Assembly (NCBI GenBank): GCA_016186795.1
Contig: JACPKY010000002.1
Span: 465,044-529,043, forward strand
Direction of reading: 5' to 3'
DNA: 64,000 nucleotides
DNA from: Candidatus Gottesmanbacteria bacterium
Lineage (GTDB): Bacteria; Patescibacteriota; Microgenomatia; 2-02-FULL-39-11
Translations under genes and position numbers: made by a program
Notes under the pieces: generated by a model
The model's input: only the letters and a program-made list of their open reading frames with translations
Database searches by the model: none
Told to the model about the DNA's origin: nothing
Shown: piece by piece, positions 1-9,080 of the stretch
How the letters are laid out: each line of letters starts with the position of its first letter
How positions within the stretch are numbered: the stretch's first letter is position 1

Positions 1-599
1 AAAATACCAATAATAAGAAACGGAAAAAGAACCGGTAAAAATATTCCAACATCAGAAGCCTCGCCACTCCAAAAACTTTGGTTTTTGATAAAGAGCTTTT
101 CAAAAGAAAGAAGCGAAAAAAAATTCTGTAATAATAGCTTTCCATCAACTACACTTATGGGAATACGAAAATTACCTGGTACAAGAAGAAAGCTTAAAAT
201 TGCGATAACACCTACAAAACAAAACGTGGCTAGTTTCCGGATGGTAGAAGACCGAATACGTTGAATAGAAAATGAAAGGATGGTAAGAGCGCATGATGCA
301 TAAAGAAAGGGAGAGAAAATTCGAATTTCCTGGACAAACCAGGGTTGAGTAACCAGAATAAATCCGGAAAGAACTGCGAGAGAAGTTTTTCGAAATACTG
401 ACTTTACCCACAACATACATATACCCACCAAAAATACTCCCAAACAGGCTGAAATGATTCTTTCGGAAAGAAAAGTATTTACTGCCGATGGTGGTATAGT
501 TCCAATCTGCCAGAATGCTGAAAGTAGGGTAAAAAGAAGAATTAGGACCAAGAAAAATATATTTATCCTACCAATATTCTTGATACTCGTTGGTATCAT
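1..599 (-). CDS. Partial (5' part, runs off window start) polytopic membrane protein, probable GT-C glycosyltransferase (ArnT/PMT-like); not in ORF track because it is open at the window edge
   Basis: Minus-strand frame open from ATG at 597-599 to position 1 (about 199 codons) in the same frame as the upstream gene. Hydrophobic multi-TM sequence (...ISACLGVFLVGICMLWVKSVFRKTSLAVLSGFILVTQPWFVQEIRIFSPFLYASCALTILSF...) typical of the ArnT/GT83 core. The listed 172..420 and 454..654 ORFs are low complexity or antisense to it. Confidence 0.45.
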   Translation of the reverse strand, partial: MIPTSIKNIGRINIFFLVLILLFTLLSAFWQIGTIPPSAVNTFLSERIISACLGVFLVGICMLWVKSVFRKTSLAVLSGFILVTQPWFVQEIRIFSPFLYASCALTILSFSIQRIRSSTIRKLATFCFVGVIAILSFLLVPGNFRIPISVVDGKLLLQNFFSLLSFEKLFIKNQSFWSGEASDVGIFLPVLFPFLIIGI

Positions 600-614
600 A
601 CTCTTCTTTGTCGT

Positions 615-2318
615 TTACTCTGCAATTATAATAGCCTTCTCGCCGTTGAGATAGTAAATCGTTTCTTTAATCGCTACTCCTGGTGGAAAATCTCGAGGTA
701 AACCAACATAAAGAATTTTTCCTTCGCTGGGATTTTCAGGGTAGGTAAAATTGCGGAAATAATATTTATCAAAATGATTCCTTTCATCTGCAAATCCTCC
801 AGAGACAGTGCCACCCTGAGCAAGATAGAGAGGTGGAGGATACTTCGTGTAGAAGAGCCAAAACATGTGTGGCATTTCAAGATGGAGAGATACGTAAATC
901 TTTTCATACTCATTTTTGTGACGCTCGGTATATTCCACTGCCTCTTTGCGTCCACTCATCCAAAACTTTGAAAACTCATAGTTTGTATGAACATAATACT
1001 GGTGAAGATAGCTTGCGAGACTAATCACGAATAAAAACGTGATACAGGTAATACCAGTTACTATCGCCCATCGAGATTGCTTTTGAAGTAACATGAAAAC
1101 AACGCTCATACCGAAAGCTGTAAATAGCTGATATGTTGGCAGTATCAACTCTGTACGAACTGCATGGGGAGCTTCCCGAGTGACAGCATTCGTTATTGGA
1201 GCAACTGCCATCCAAAGAAGTGTAAACGCAGAATACCTATTGAATCCTTTCAAAAGGAGGAAAACTATTCCTACAACAAGAAAAGGTAACTCGAGAATAT
1301 ACAAAAGACCAAATCCTGGGGCATGATGAAGGGGTGCATCACCTTTGACGAATAAATACTCAAAGCTGAAATTGGATAGATAATTACCGAGTGCTTTTTT
1401 CAGTGTATCGTAATCGGTATAGATAAGCCGAGCATTATGAAAAATTTTGCCTGCAAAAGCAAATCCTGCATTTTCATCCTTAATTCGTTCTTGTAGGAAC
1501 TGCCGGGGTAGATCTTTTTCATCCAAATACCTCGCACCTGGAGTGAAAATATTCGTCGCGGTAAATCGAATCTGCGCATCTTTGGAGATAAGAATAGGAA
1601 AGACAAGAATGATAAAAAGTATATAAATTGCAAGAAATATGCCAACGATCCTTCTTGGAGGAAGTTTTCTATTAAAAAGGTAAAAAAGGGTAATAAGAAG
1701 AAGTGGAGAAACAACCCGTGTGCTATGATAGGAAAAAAGATCTATTCCAAACAAAAGAGCAGAAATAAAAAAAAGTTTGGGACTAGTAAGACCTCGAAGA
1801 AATAATACTATCGCAGAAATCGTGATAAAAACTGAAACATTTACCTCAAATGCAGCACGGGAGAACTGAAGATGCCAAGGAGAAACCGCAAGAAGAAGAC
1901 TAGAAAGAAGACTAATATAGATGCTATAATTCTTCGTCACGGAGATCTTTGAGAAAATCGTTTGACCCAAAAAAAATGTCATAACGACAGCAAGACTTCC
2001 AAAAACCGCAGATGGCAACCTCGTTGCAAAAGGTGTAAGGCCAAAAATAAAAACTGATGGTACAGTGAGATATTCATAGATTGGTGGTTTGTAGTCATCA
2101 AGGGAGCGAAATGTCGATGGAAGAAATTTCCCAAATTGATCCTTCCCAGTCGTAAGAATTGAATACGCATCATATCCCAAAGCAACCTCATCCCACTCAA
2201 GTGCGAGGGGAGTTTTCCCTAAATAAAAGAGGCGAAGAAGGAATGCGATAATAACAATGCCAAAAAGAATATATCGAGTTTTCACAATTGATATTGTAAC
2301 ATAGAAATAGCCTTGCAA
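615..2318 (-). CDS. Membrane glycosyltransferase, ArnT/PMT (GT39/GT83, PMT_2-like) family
   Basis: 567 aa with about 11 TM segments. The N-terminal region (GKTPLALEWDEVALGYDAYSILTTGKDQFGKFLPSTFRSLDDYKPPIYEYL) is characteristic of 4-amino-arabinose/mannosyl transferases that use polyprenol-P-sugar donors. Confidence 0.65.
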   Translation of the reverse strand: MQGYFYVTISIVKTRYILFGIVIIAFLLRLFYLGKTPLALEWDEVALGYDAYSILTTGKDQFGKFLPSTFRSLDDYKPPIYEYLTVPSVFIFGLTPFATRLPSAVFGSLAVVMTFFLGQTIFSKISVTKNYSIYISLLSSLLLAVSPWHLQFSRAAFEVNVSVFITISAIVLFLRGLTSPKLFFISALLFGIDLFSYHSTRVVSPLLLITLFYLFNRKLPPRRIVGIFLAIYILFIILVFPILISKDAQIRFTATNIFTPGARYLDEKDLPRQFLQERIKDENAGFAFAGKIFHNARLIYTDYDTLKKALGNYLSNFSFEYLFVKGDAPLHHAPGFGLLYILELPFLVVGIVFLLLKGFNRYSAFTLLWMAVAPITNAVTREAPHAVRTELILPTYQLFTAFGMSVVFMLLQKQSRWAIVTGITCITFLFVISLASYLHQYYVHTNYEFSKFWMSGRKEAVEYTERHKNEYEKIYVSLHLEMPHMFWLFYTKYPPPLYLAQGGTVSGGFADERNHFDKYYFRNFTYPENPSEGKILYVGLPRDFPPGVAIKETIYYLNGEKAIIIAE

Positions 2319-2321
2319 AGC

Positions 2322-3236
2322 TTAACTTTTGAATATCTCCAGTATTTTTTGATCATCTATTTTCCAAAGTTTTGAAAGTAGCTTCCGACTTTCAACAACT
2401 TCTGGGAGTTTCTTGATCGCCTCAATAAAACCCGCAAGATGAGCTCTATTTCTTCTCATAAGTGACTTCAAAAGATGAATTGGTAAAAAAAGAATATGTT
2501 CAAAAAGTAATTTTCTATTAGAGATATTTAACCAGACAAATAAGTATTGATTTCTATATACAATACAATTTACCTGAAAAGGCGAATAGACTGTACGAAT
2601 TATGCTTTTATTTTGATCGTGAAAAATGACACATTCAGGATCAAAGCGTATGGAAAATCCAGATTTTAACGCTCTATACGAAATATCAACATCCTCCCAG
2701 TAGAAAGGGCTGTACAACGGGCAAAGTCCACCTAATTTCGTCCAAATATTTTTCCGAAACATTCCGGCTCCACCAAAAACCCACAGTGTCTTATTTGATC
2801 GTACATCCCCTTTTCTATGCAAGAAAAAACCTTTTTCAAAAAAACCAATACCGCTTCCCTCCTCTACGATTTCATCACCAATGTTTGTCTTTTGGAGACA
2901 GCCAACTCCAAAAAGAGAAGGGTCATCGAAATGACGACTGAGTTTCTCAAGAATCTCGTTTTGAAAATATGCGTCGCTATTGAGTAAAAAGATAAAGTCT
3001 CCAGATGCAGCTTGAAATCCATCATTCACGGTCATGGGAAAACCGAGGTTTTGTTGATGTTTGATAAGGTGAACCTGGGGAAACTTTTTTTCTAACAAAA
3101 AAATACTCCCATCAGTTGAAGCATCGTCGACAACTATTATTTCGGCGCTCTGACTATATTTCAAAACATTTGGAAGATGACTTTCCAGTAGTTTCTCACC
3201 ATTGTAATTTGGAATAACAATACTAATTGTTTTCAT
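2322..3236 (-). CDS. Glycosyltransferase family 2
   Basis: N-terminus ISIVIPNYNGEKLL...IIVVDDASTDGS (GT2 DXD-type fold). Its TGA stop overlaps the next start. Confidence 0.75.
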   Translation of the reverse strand: MKTISIVIPNYNGEKLLESHLPNVLKYSQSAEIIVVDDASTDGSIFLLEKKFPQVHLIKHQQNLGFPMTVNDGFQAASGDFIFLLNSDAYFQNEILEKLSRHFDDPSLFGVGCLQKTNIGDEIVEEGSGIGFFEKGFFLHRKGDVRSNKTLWVFGGAGMFRKNIWTKLGGLCPLYSPFYWEDVDISYRALKSGFSIRFDPECVIFHDQNKSIIRTVYSPFQVNCIVYRNQYLFVWLNISNRKLLFEHILFLPIHLLKSLMRRNRAHLAGFIEAIKKLPEVVESRKLLSKLWKIDDQKILEIFKS

Positions 3237-5533
3237 ATGAGATGATTATGAAACTCAACAATATGTTCTCCGTTAGGCACAACTACTCCTCTGAAGGTAA
3301 AATTGATTCGGAGCATTTCACTGCGAAATCCATCAACTGAGACTTGCCATGTAGGATAATACGGATCAGTGAAAACTAAAAGAGCTCTCGCACTTACCTT
3401 AACACGAATACGGATAACGTTTGGCTCATATGAAACGATTACCGTCTGATCTGTGGATACATTTTGAGGAGATTCTAAAAGAATATCTTTTTCAACAACT
3501 GCAACATTTCGAAGGTTCTTACCAAGCTTATACATTTTCTCCATCGAATCCTTCTTTCCACTTGCTACAACTGTGGAGTAAACGATAAATGCTCTCGGAA
3601 AAGCATTCGTATTTCTGTACACATACGTCTCCCCCTCCTTAAAAACTAATTCCAATGAAGGAGACTGTATTTTCTGAAGGCTGAGAATGTATCCTATGCC
3701 TAATAAATTGCCTAAGAAATGTTCGTAATTTTGCGGAGTCAGAATTCTATTGAATGCTCCCGGAGTTATATCCGGAGAATTTCTCTCCCACGCAGCAACA
3801 TATTGCCCATACTCTTGAATATACAAAGGATCGTATCCTGCTACATCAAATATTTTATAGTAAACAGAAAAATTGGGTGGCATTATTCTTCGGTCAATAG
3901 ATTGAATCCGATTAAAAGGTGGGATAGTCTCCAAATAATCTGTAACTTTTGTCCGAGGAAATATCCACTCTCTTTCGGTAAACGGTGTGAATTTCCATCC
4001 AAAACGGAAAAGGTCAAAACCTGTCACCATAATAAGTATGAAAAAAACATGTGTACGATCCACTCTCGGTACTAAAAGAATAAGTGAGGAAAAAATAAAT
4101 AATAGCATTGGAAGGATCGTGTTCCGTTTCGCAATGAGAATCTGACCTTCCGATATACCGAATAGTCCATTTGTAAATCCATATAAAACGGAAAAGACGA
4201 TTAGAAAGAAAATTCCAACAAGGAGAATAATCGATACTATATTTCTTTTATATTTACTCTTTTGGAACTGTTCGATTCCAAAAGCAGCAAGAATGCTCAA
4301 GGCAAAATCAACAATGAAAATAAGTCGAGTCGGTTGAGATGAGGATAGAAATGGAAGATGAAGCGAATATGGAATTGATGAAAGCGGGGTGGGCAACGCA
4401 AATAGAAGAGAAAAAACTGCTAAAAAGCTGAAAAACAATACTCGCTTATTCTTCACGTAGAAGATCGAATAAAGAGCAAAAAGAATTGGAACAATGCCAA
4501 TATATCCCACAAACTCAGCGTAGTTCCAGACTCCCCAGTAGTTTAGTGTTACCGGATTTCCAAAAAAATCAGGAATGAAAAATTGGAGAAGATTCTCCCA
4601 CGGAATAAACCATCCTGGTTTGAGAAAGCTTCCTTGATCAAAATTTCTTGCAGAAAGCGCAATAAACTGTAAAACTGGAATCCAAGAAAATGATGTTATC
4701 AGTATCGCAAGGGTATCTGCACTCAAAAAAGTGATACCTAATTTTCGTAAGGGCCGGTTTGCTTTGTTCTCTTTAAAGAGAAGATACATCTTTGCCAGTA
4801 TATAAAGATGGACAACGATTTGACTGTAAAAAAGTATTTGAAGATGTCCAGCAAGTATTTGAAAAATAGTACCCCCTACAAAGACAAGAAACCATCTCCA
4901 GGTGAATTTTTTGGTGAGTTTCTCAACGGCCAAAAGGATGATGGGCAACCATACCACAACCTGAATTACAGTATTCCATTCAAGCCAAGCAATGGTAAAT
5001 CCAGAAAAGGTAAAAGCAAAAGCACCGAAAAAACTTGAAAGCATCGATAAACGAATACCTCGCAAATAGAGATAGAGGAACACGCTTAAAAGGATTGATT
5101 GGAAAAGTATTTGGATTCCCCAAGAAATATCAAATGGCAATAAAAAAGAAAGAATGTTCATTGGGTAAAACGGTGCTGACTGAATATTTGCCAGAAGCGG
5201 TGTTCCGGAAAAGGAATAAGGATTCCAAAGCGGAAGACTCCCTTTCTTTAACTCCCCTATTGCAAATTTTCTCCATACATATTGTTGCCGAACAGGATCA
5301 GTAATAAGAAAGTTTTTTACGGGTATTCCGCTCTCCCGCAAGTCCCACACCTGATCCTTCCATGGATAGTACATACCGACAATTGTATCTGCCGGTATTG
5401 GAATTTTTCCCCCAAAAATAAGCGGCCAATAAAATGCCAATACTATACTTATAAGAACTGCAACAATATATTTATCCGTTAAGAAGTGTTTCCAGTTTTT
5501 CATGGAATTTGGAGCAAGAAAAATCTTTTGCAC
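3233..5533 (-). CDS. YfhO-family polytopic membrane protein (GT-C type glycosyltransferase, as in LTA/WTA glycosylation)
   Basis: 766 aa. N-terminal motif ...PADTIVGMYYPWKDQVW...FLITDPVRQQYVWRKF...LPLWNPYSFSGTPLLANIQSAPFYP is typical of YfhO; many TM helices; large extracytoplasmic C-terminal domain. Confidence 0.65.
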   Translation of the reverse strand: MQKIFLAPNSMKNWKHFLTDKYIVAVLISIVLAFYWPLIFGGKIPIPADTIVGMYYPWKDQVWDLRESGIPVKNFLITDPVRQQYVWRKFAIGELKKGSLPLWNPYSFSGTPLLANIQSAPFYPMNILSFLLPFDISWGIQILFQSILLSVFLYLYLRGIRLSMLSSFFGAFAFTFSGFTIAWLEWNTVIQVVVWLPIILLAVEKLTKKFTWRWFLVFVGGTIFQILAGHLQILFYSQIVVHLYILAKMYLLFKENKANRPLRKLGITFLSADTLAILITSFSWIPVLQFIALSARNFDQGSFLKPGWFIPWENLLQFFIPDFFGNPVTLNYWGVWNYAEFVGYIGIVPILFALYSIFYVKNKRVLFFSFLAVFSLLFALPTPLSSIPYSLHLPFLSSSQPTRLIFIVDFALSILAAFGIEQFQKSKYKRNIVSIILLVGIFFLIVFSVLYGFTNGLFGISEGQILIAKRNTILPMLLFIFSSLILLVPRVDRTHVFFILIMVTGFDLFRFGWKFTPFTEREWIFPRTKVTDYLETIPPFNRIQSIDRRIMPPNFSVYYKIFDVAGYDPLYIQEYGQYVAAWERNSPDITPGAFNRILTPQNYEHFLGNLLGIGYILSLQKIQSPSLELVFKEGETYVYRNTNAFPRAFIVYSTVVASGKKDSMEKMYKLGKNLRNVAVVEKDILLESPQNVSTDQTVIVSYEPNVIRIRVKVSARALLVFTDPYYPTWQVSVDGFRSEMLRINFTFRGVVVPNGEHIVEFHNHLI

Positions 5534-6533
5534 GCATTGTTGCTTGATATGATAAATCCCTTTGTAAACGAGTGTTATTTACTATTTCAGTCGTTAACCG
5601 TATCAATTCCGAAGGAGTATGCCAGAGATATCCACTCACTCCATTTTCAATAACATCCAATTGTCCCCCAGCGGCAAATGCAAAAGGAATAGCGCCACTT
5701 GCCATCGCCTCAAGTGTTGTAATCCCAAAATGTTCTGCGCGTTCGGGATAAGAACTCAAATCTTCTCCATATCCAGTCGCATGCCAATAAATTGTTGCCT
5801 GTTGATAGTATGATTGAAGAGTAGAAAATGGAACATTTACATGAACCTCAACCGGTAACCCAAGACTTTTCTTTTTCAGTTCTTCAACAATGCGAATTCC
5901 TCCTTTTTCAGAAAGCCCTCCCACGATGATAAATTTCCATCCTGAAAACCCGTGACTTCGAAGTTTTATGAATGCTTCAATAAGAGTATCGTGCTTTTTC
6001 GTATGAGGATGTGGAAAGAATCTACCGACGGTTAATATAATGTTCTTTTTGAGGTTTGATGATATTACTTTTTCCGGTATTTCTATACAGGGAGGAAGTA
6101 CTCTAGCACTTTTTCCTAATCTTTCATAAATGATCTGCTTCATAAATGATGAGTAACAGATAAGTCGCCAATTTCTCATTTTGAATTGTTGAAAAAAAGA
6201 AGTAGAGGGCATGTGCGAAGGAGACTGGATGATAAGAAAATTCTTCCGAGATCCGGGATAAAAAATGCTTCCGTCTGTCATGTAGAAAAAGACATCGAAA
6301 GCAGAGGTCATCTGAAAGCGCGCAAGTAAGTTTTTTCGCACCAGCGAATCTTTGGGTTTTACTAGTACTCCTTTTAATGAAATACGGAAGGCATCTTCTG
6401 CAAGGGAAAGAGTTTGGTGGTCAGAAAAAAGGATCACTTCATGATCATTGGAAAGAAGTGATGCAATAGTCAAAAAGTACTTTTCTCCGCCACCCAGAAT
6501 GGAAAGGTAGGGAGAATACATGCCGATCTTCAT
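5472..6533 (-). CDS. Glycosyltransferase family 4 (GT-B fold)
   Basis: C-terminal EX7E-like region ...FGITTLEAMASGAIPFAFAAGGQLDVIENGVSGYLW. Start trimmed to the internal ATG (MKIGMYSPYLSILGGGEKY) that forms an ATGA overlap with the upstream TGA; the ORF track extends to 6584. Confidence 0.75.
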   Translation of the reverse strand: MKIGMYSPYLSILGGGEKYFLTIASLLSNDHEVILFSDHQTLSLAEDAFRISLKGVLVKPKDSLVRKNLLARFQMTSAFDVFFYMTDGSIFYPGSRKNFLIIQSPSHMPSTSFFQQFKMRNWRLICYSSFMKQIIYERLGKSARVLPPCIEIPEKVISSNLKKNIILTVGRFFPHPHTKKHDTLIEAFIKLRSHGFSGWKFIIVGGLSEKGGIRIVEELKKKSLGLPVEVHVNVPFSTLQSYYQQATIYWHATGYGEDLSSYPERAEHFGITTLEAMASGAIPFAFAAGGQLDVIENGVSGYLWHTPSELIRLTTEIVNNTRLQRDLSYQATMRAKDFSCSKFHEKLETLLNG

Positions 6534-7294
6534 GATCTCATTGAAATAAAACCGTGTCTTAGGCTTTTGTGCTGCTTTTCCCAAAGTTTTGCATATGTAA
6601 TAAACATACTATACGCTTGATATATTGCCTCAATAAGACCATATGTCCCTGCTTTCCATCCTCCATTCACCCAGAAAGACTGCCAAAATGCTACTATCAT
6701 CACCCGGATAAATCTCCACCATGAAATCGGTGGATGATTATTCTTATACCGAAGTCTTGCCTCAATCTCCGACCACTCGTTCGTCTTTTCAACCATAGAG
6801 TGCAATTTTTCGTGAGTGTAGTGAAGAAGAAGAGAGTCGAGACTACCCACTTTTCCAATAACTATCGGAGTTTCATGAAGACTTCCCTGCCAACCTAAGA
6901 GAGCACCTTTTCGTATAAGACGAATCATCCGTTCAGGACTTCCCCAAATTTTTCCGAAAAAATAATTTTGGCGAAGGATCTCAAATGCTGAAAACTTCGT
7001 TTTTTGGATCGCTTGTTGCATCTCGGCAATCAAACCATCTGAGGGCCGTTCATCCGCATCAACATAGAATAGCCATTCGGAGGTTGCCTTTTCTTTTCCA
7101 ACGTTACGAAGGTACGAAAAATCAACTCCGGGAATTCGAAACACCTGAGCTTTGGAAGTTTTGGCAATTTGGGCAGTTAAATCCGAGGAATCATTATCAA
7201 CGACAATAACCTCACGGGCAAACGAAAGCTTACGAATACAACTTTCAATATTTGCCGCTTCATTGCGTGTAATAATAATGGCACTTATACTCAT
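6530..7294 (-). CDS. Glycosyltransferase family 2
   Basis: ISAIIITRNEAANIESCIRKL...VIVVDNDSSDLT...FYVDADER (GT2 DXD); resembles LPS-core/teichoic-type GT2 enzymes. Confidence 0.75.
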   Translation of the reverse strand: MSISAIIITRNEAANIESCIRKLSFAREVIVVDNDSSDLTAQIAKTSKAQVFRIPGVDFSYLRNVGKEKATSEWLFYVDADERPSDGLIAEMQQAIQKTKFSAFEILRQNYFFGKIWGSPERMIRLIRKGALLGWQGSLHETPIVIGKVGSLDSLLLHYTHEKLHSMVEKTNEWSEIEARLRYKNNHPPISWWRFIRVMIVAFWQSFWVNGGWKAGTYGLIEAIYQAYSMFITYAKLWEKQHKSLRHGFISMRS

Positions 7295-8181
7295 ATACTT
7301 CCTCTCCCCATTCTTCCAATATAGTAATCAAAAACAGCTTGTCGCTCGATTGATCCAGAGAGAAGAAATTGGAAACTTTGAAGCATAAGTGACTTGCGCG
7401 TGGTAAACGGTGCAAACTTCTTGGCAAAATATAGTCGATTACGCGTAAGATAATATCGGTGAATACGCGATCCAGGTTTTCCAGATGAGGATGCGTTTTT
7501 ATGACTAATGGGTGATGACGGATCGTACATGATTCGAAAGCCCTCTCTTCTTGCTCTTAGGGAATAATCCACATCTTCAAAGTAGAGAAAATATTTTTCG
7601 TCAAATAGTCCTATTGTCTCTATCACTTCCCTTTTGACAAGCATACAGCACCCAGTTGCAAAATCAGTATCGCAGAAGCGTTCATACTGCCCGTGATCAA
7701 CCTCATCAACACCGTTATGAGAAGGATACATATTATTCCAATCAATGACTCCCCCTGCATACCAAAGAACTTTGCCTTTCTCAAACTCCTTATAGCGATT
7801 TTTATGAAATTCGTATCCCTTAGCAAAGTAAATTTTTGGCGAGACAATTCCAATAGATCTATCGCAATAGGCAAAGGTAATTAATTTCTCAAGTGATTCC
7901 ACCGAAAATATTGTGTCATTATTTATTAGAATTATTGTTTGGCTCCCCAATTCCATCGCTTTTTTTATCCCGAGGTTATTTCCCTGGGAAAATCCAGTAT
8001 TCATACCGGGCTCAATTATATGAATAGAATTATTTTTTTTTATAATTTGACTGCCCTGAAGAGGACTATTTGCAATAATAATTGTTGAAAATTTCTTCTG
8101 GTAGGAAGTTAGAACTGAAACTGCTTCCATTGTATCTTCGGTATTTTTGTAATGAACAATAACGACTGAAACAGTATTCAT
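7291..8181 (-). CDS. Glycosyltransferase family 2
   Basis: VSVVIVHYKNTEDTMEAVSVL...IIINNDT...CCMLVKREV (GT2, rhamnosyltransferase-like). Start trimmed to MNTVSVV with a TAATG overlap; the ORF track runs to 8229. Confidence 0.7.
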   Translation of the reverse strand: MNTVSVVIVHYKNTEDTMEAVSVLTSYQKKFSTIIIANSPLQGSQIIKKNNSIHIIEPGMNTGFSQGNNLGIKKAMELGSQTIILINNDTIFSVESLEKLITFAYCDRSIGIVSPKIYFAKGYEFHKNRYKEFEKGKVLWYAGGVIDWNNMYPSHNGVDEVDHGQYERFCDTDFATGCCMLVKREVIETIGLFDEKYFLYFEDVDYSLRARREGFRIMYDPSSPISHKNASSSGKPGSRIHRYYLTRNRLYFAKKFAPFTTRKSLMLQSFQFLLSGSIERQAVFDYYIGRMGRGSI

Positions 8182-9080
8182 TAGATTTTTAACCGCCTTT
8201 TCAACTTCAGGGATAGTTTTTTTTCCCAAGTATTCGGCTCTTTAAGAAGTTCCGTCACAAACCAATAGTCTTTCTCCTTATATTCCTTCGTGAATAGAGA
8301 GTGGACTTCTGAGACAGTGTATTTATGATCTTTCAGGCCTTCAAGCTCCCACAACTTCAGATATGTAACGAGTTCTGAAAATGATTGAAGAAGTGATAAT
8401 GCCAAGCCGTGTAAACCATCCTTGTATCCCTCCCATACAAAAAAGCGTCTGATGAATTCCTGAGTTGGGAAATCAAAGAGATCTTTTAGACTAAACCGCT
8501 TATTGCCCATATACATTTCTTTCGCGACAACTGTGGTGTAACGATTCATGCGACTAAGATATTGATCAAGTGAAAGATAGTTGTAGTGAATAATACTTAC
8601 TTTTTCGGAAGCTTCTAAATCAGACCCAACACCTTTCGTGAAAGGAACTCCGTGAATCGTATCAACCCATTCAACATTCCCTTTTCGGAAGAGACGAATC
8701 TGATAATCCGGCCACCAGCCTGTATGTTTGATCCACTTTCCCCAGATAATATTCATGCGAGGAATCCGAACGTAATCATATTTATTTCCAGAAACGACCG
8801 CAAGTATTCTTTTCGATAGGTTTTTGGGAACTTCTTCATCCGCATCCAGAATAAATATCCAATCTCCCGTTGCTTTCTCTATTGCGAAATTTCGTGCAGG
8901 CTCAACAAAACCAGTATATGGATGATGGAAAATTTTTGCATGAAATTCCTCCGCAATGGAAAGAGTTTTATCGGTCGATCCCATATCTACAACAACCACT
9001 TCATCTACAAATCCAAGCGATGCAAGGCACCGTTCGATATTTTCCTCTTCATTATAGGTATGTACGATTGCAGAGATCAT
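8181..9080 (-). CDS. Glycosyltransferase family 2
   Basis: MISAIVHTYNEEENIERCLASL...VVVVDMGSTDKT...FILDADEEV. Start trimmed to the ATGA overlap with the upstream TGA; the ORF track runs to 9107. Confidence 0.7.
   Translation of the reverse strand: MISAIVHTYNEEENIERCLASLGFVDEVVVVDMGSTDKTLSIAEEFHAKIFHHPYTGFVEPARNFAIEKATGDWIFILDADEEVPKNLSKRILAVVSGNKYDYVRIPRMNIIWGKWIKHTGWWPDYQIRLFRKGNVEWVDTIHGVPFTKGVGSDLEASEKVSIIHYNYLSLDQYLSRMNRYTTVVAKEMYMGNKRFSLKDLFDFPTQEFIRRFFVWEGYKDGLHGLALSLLQSFSELVTYLKLWELEGLKDHKYTVSEVHSLFTKEYKEKDYWFVTELLKEPNTWEKKLSLKLKRRLKI

Noticed and set aside
172-654. ORF-track entries 172..420 (-) and 454..654 (+)
   Set aside because: Low-complexity translations. Both lie inside or antisense to a longer hydrophobic minus-strand frame (1..599) that is colinear with the upstream GT-C gene, so that edge ORF is preferred.
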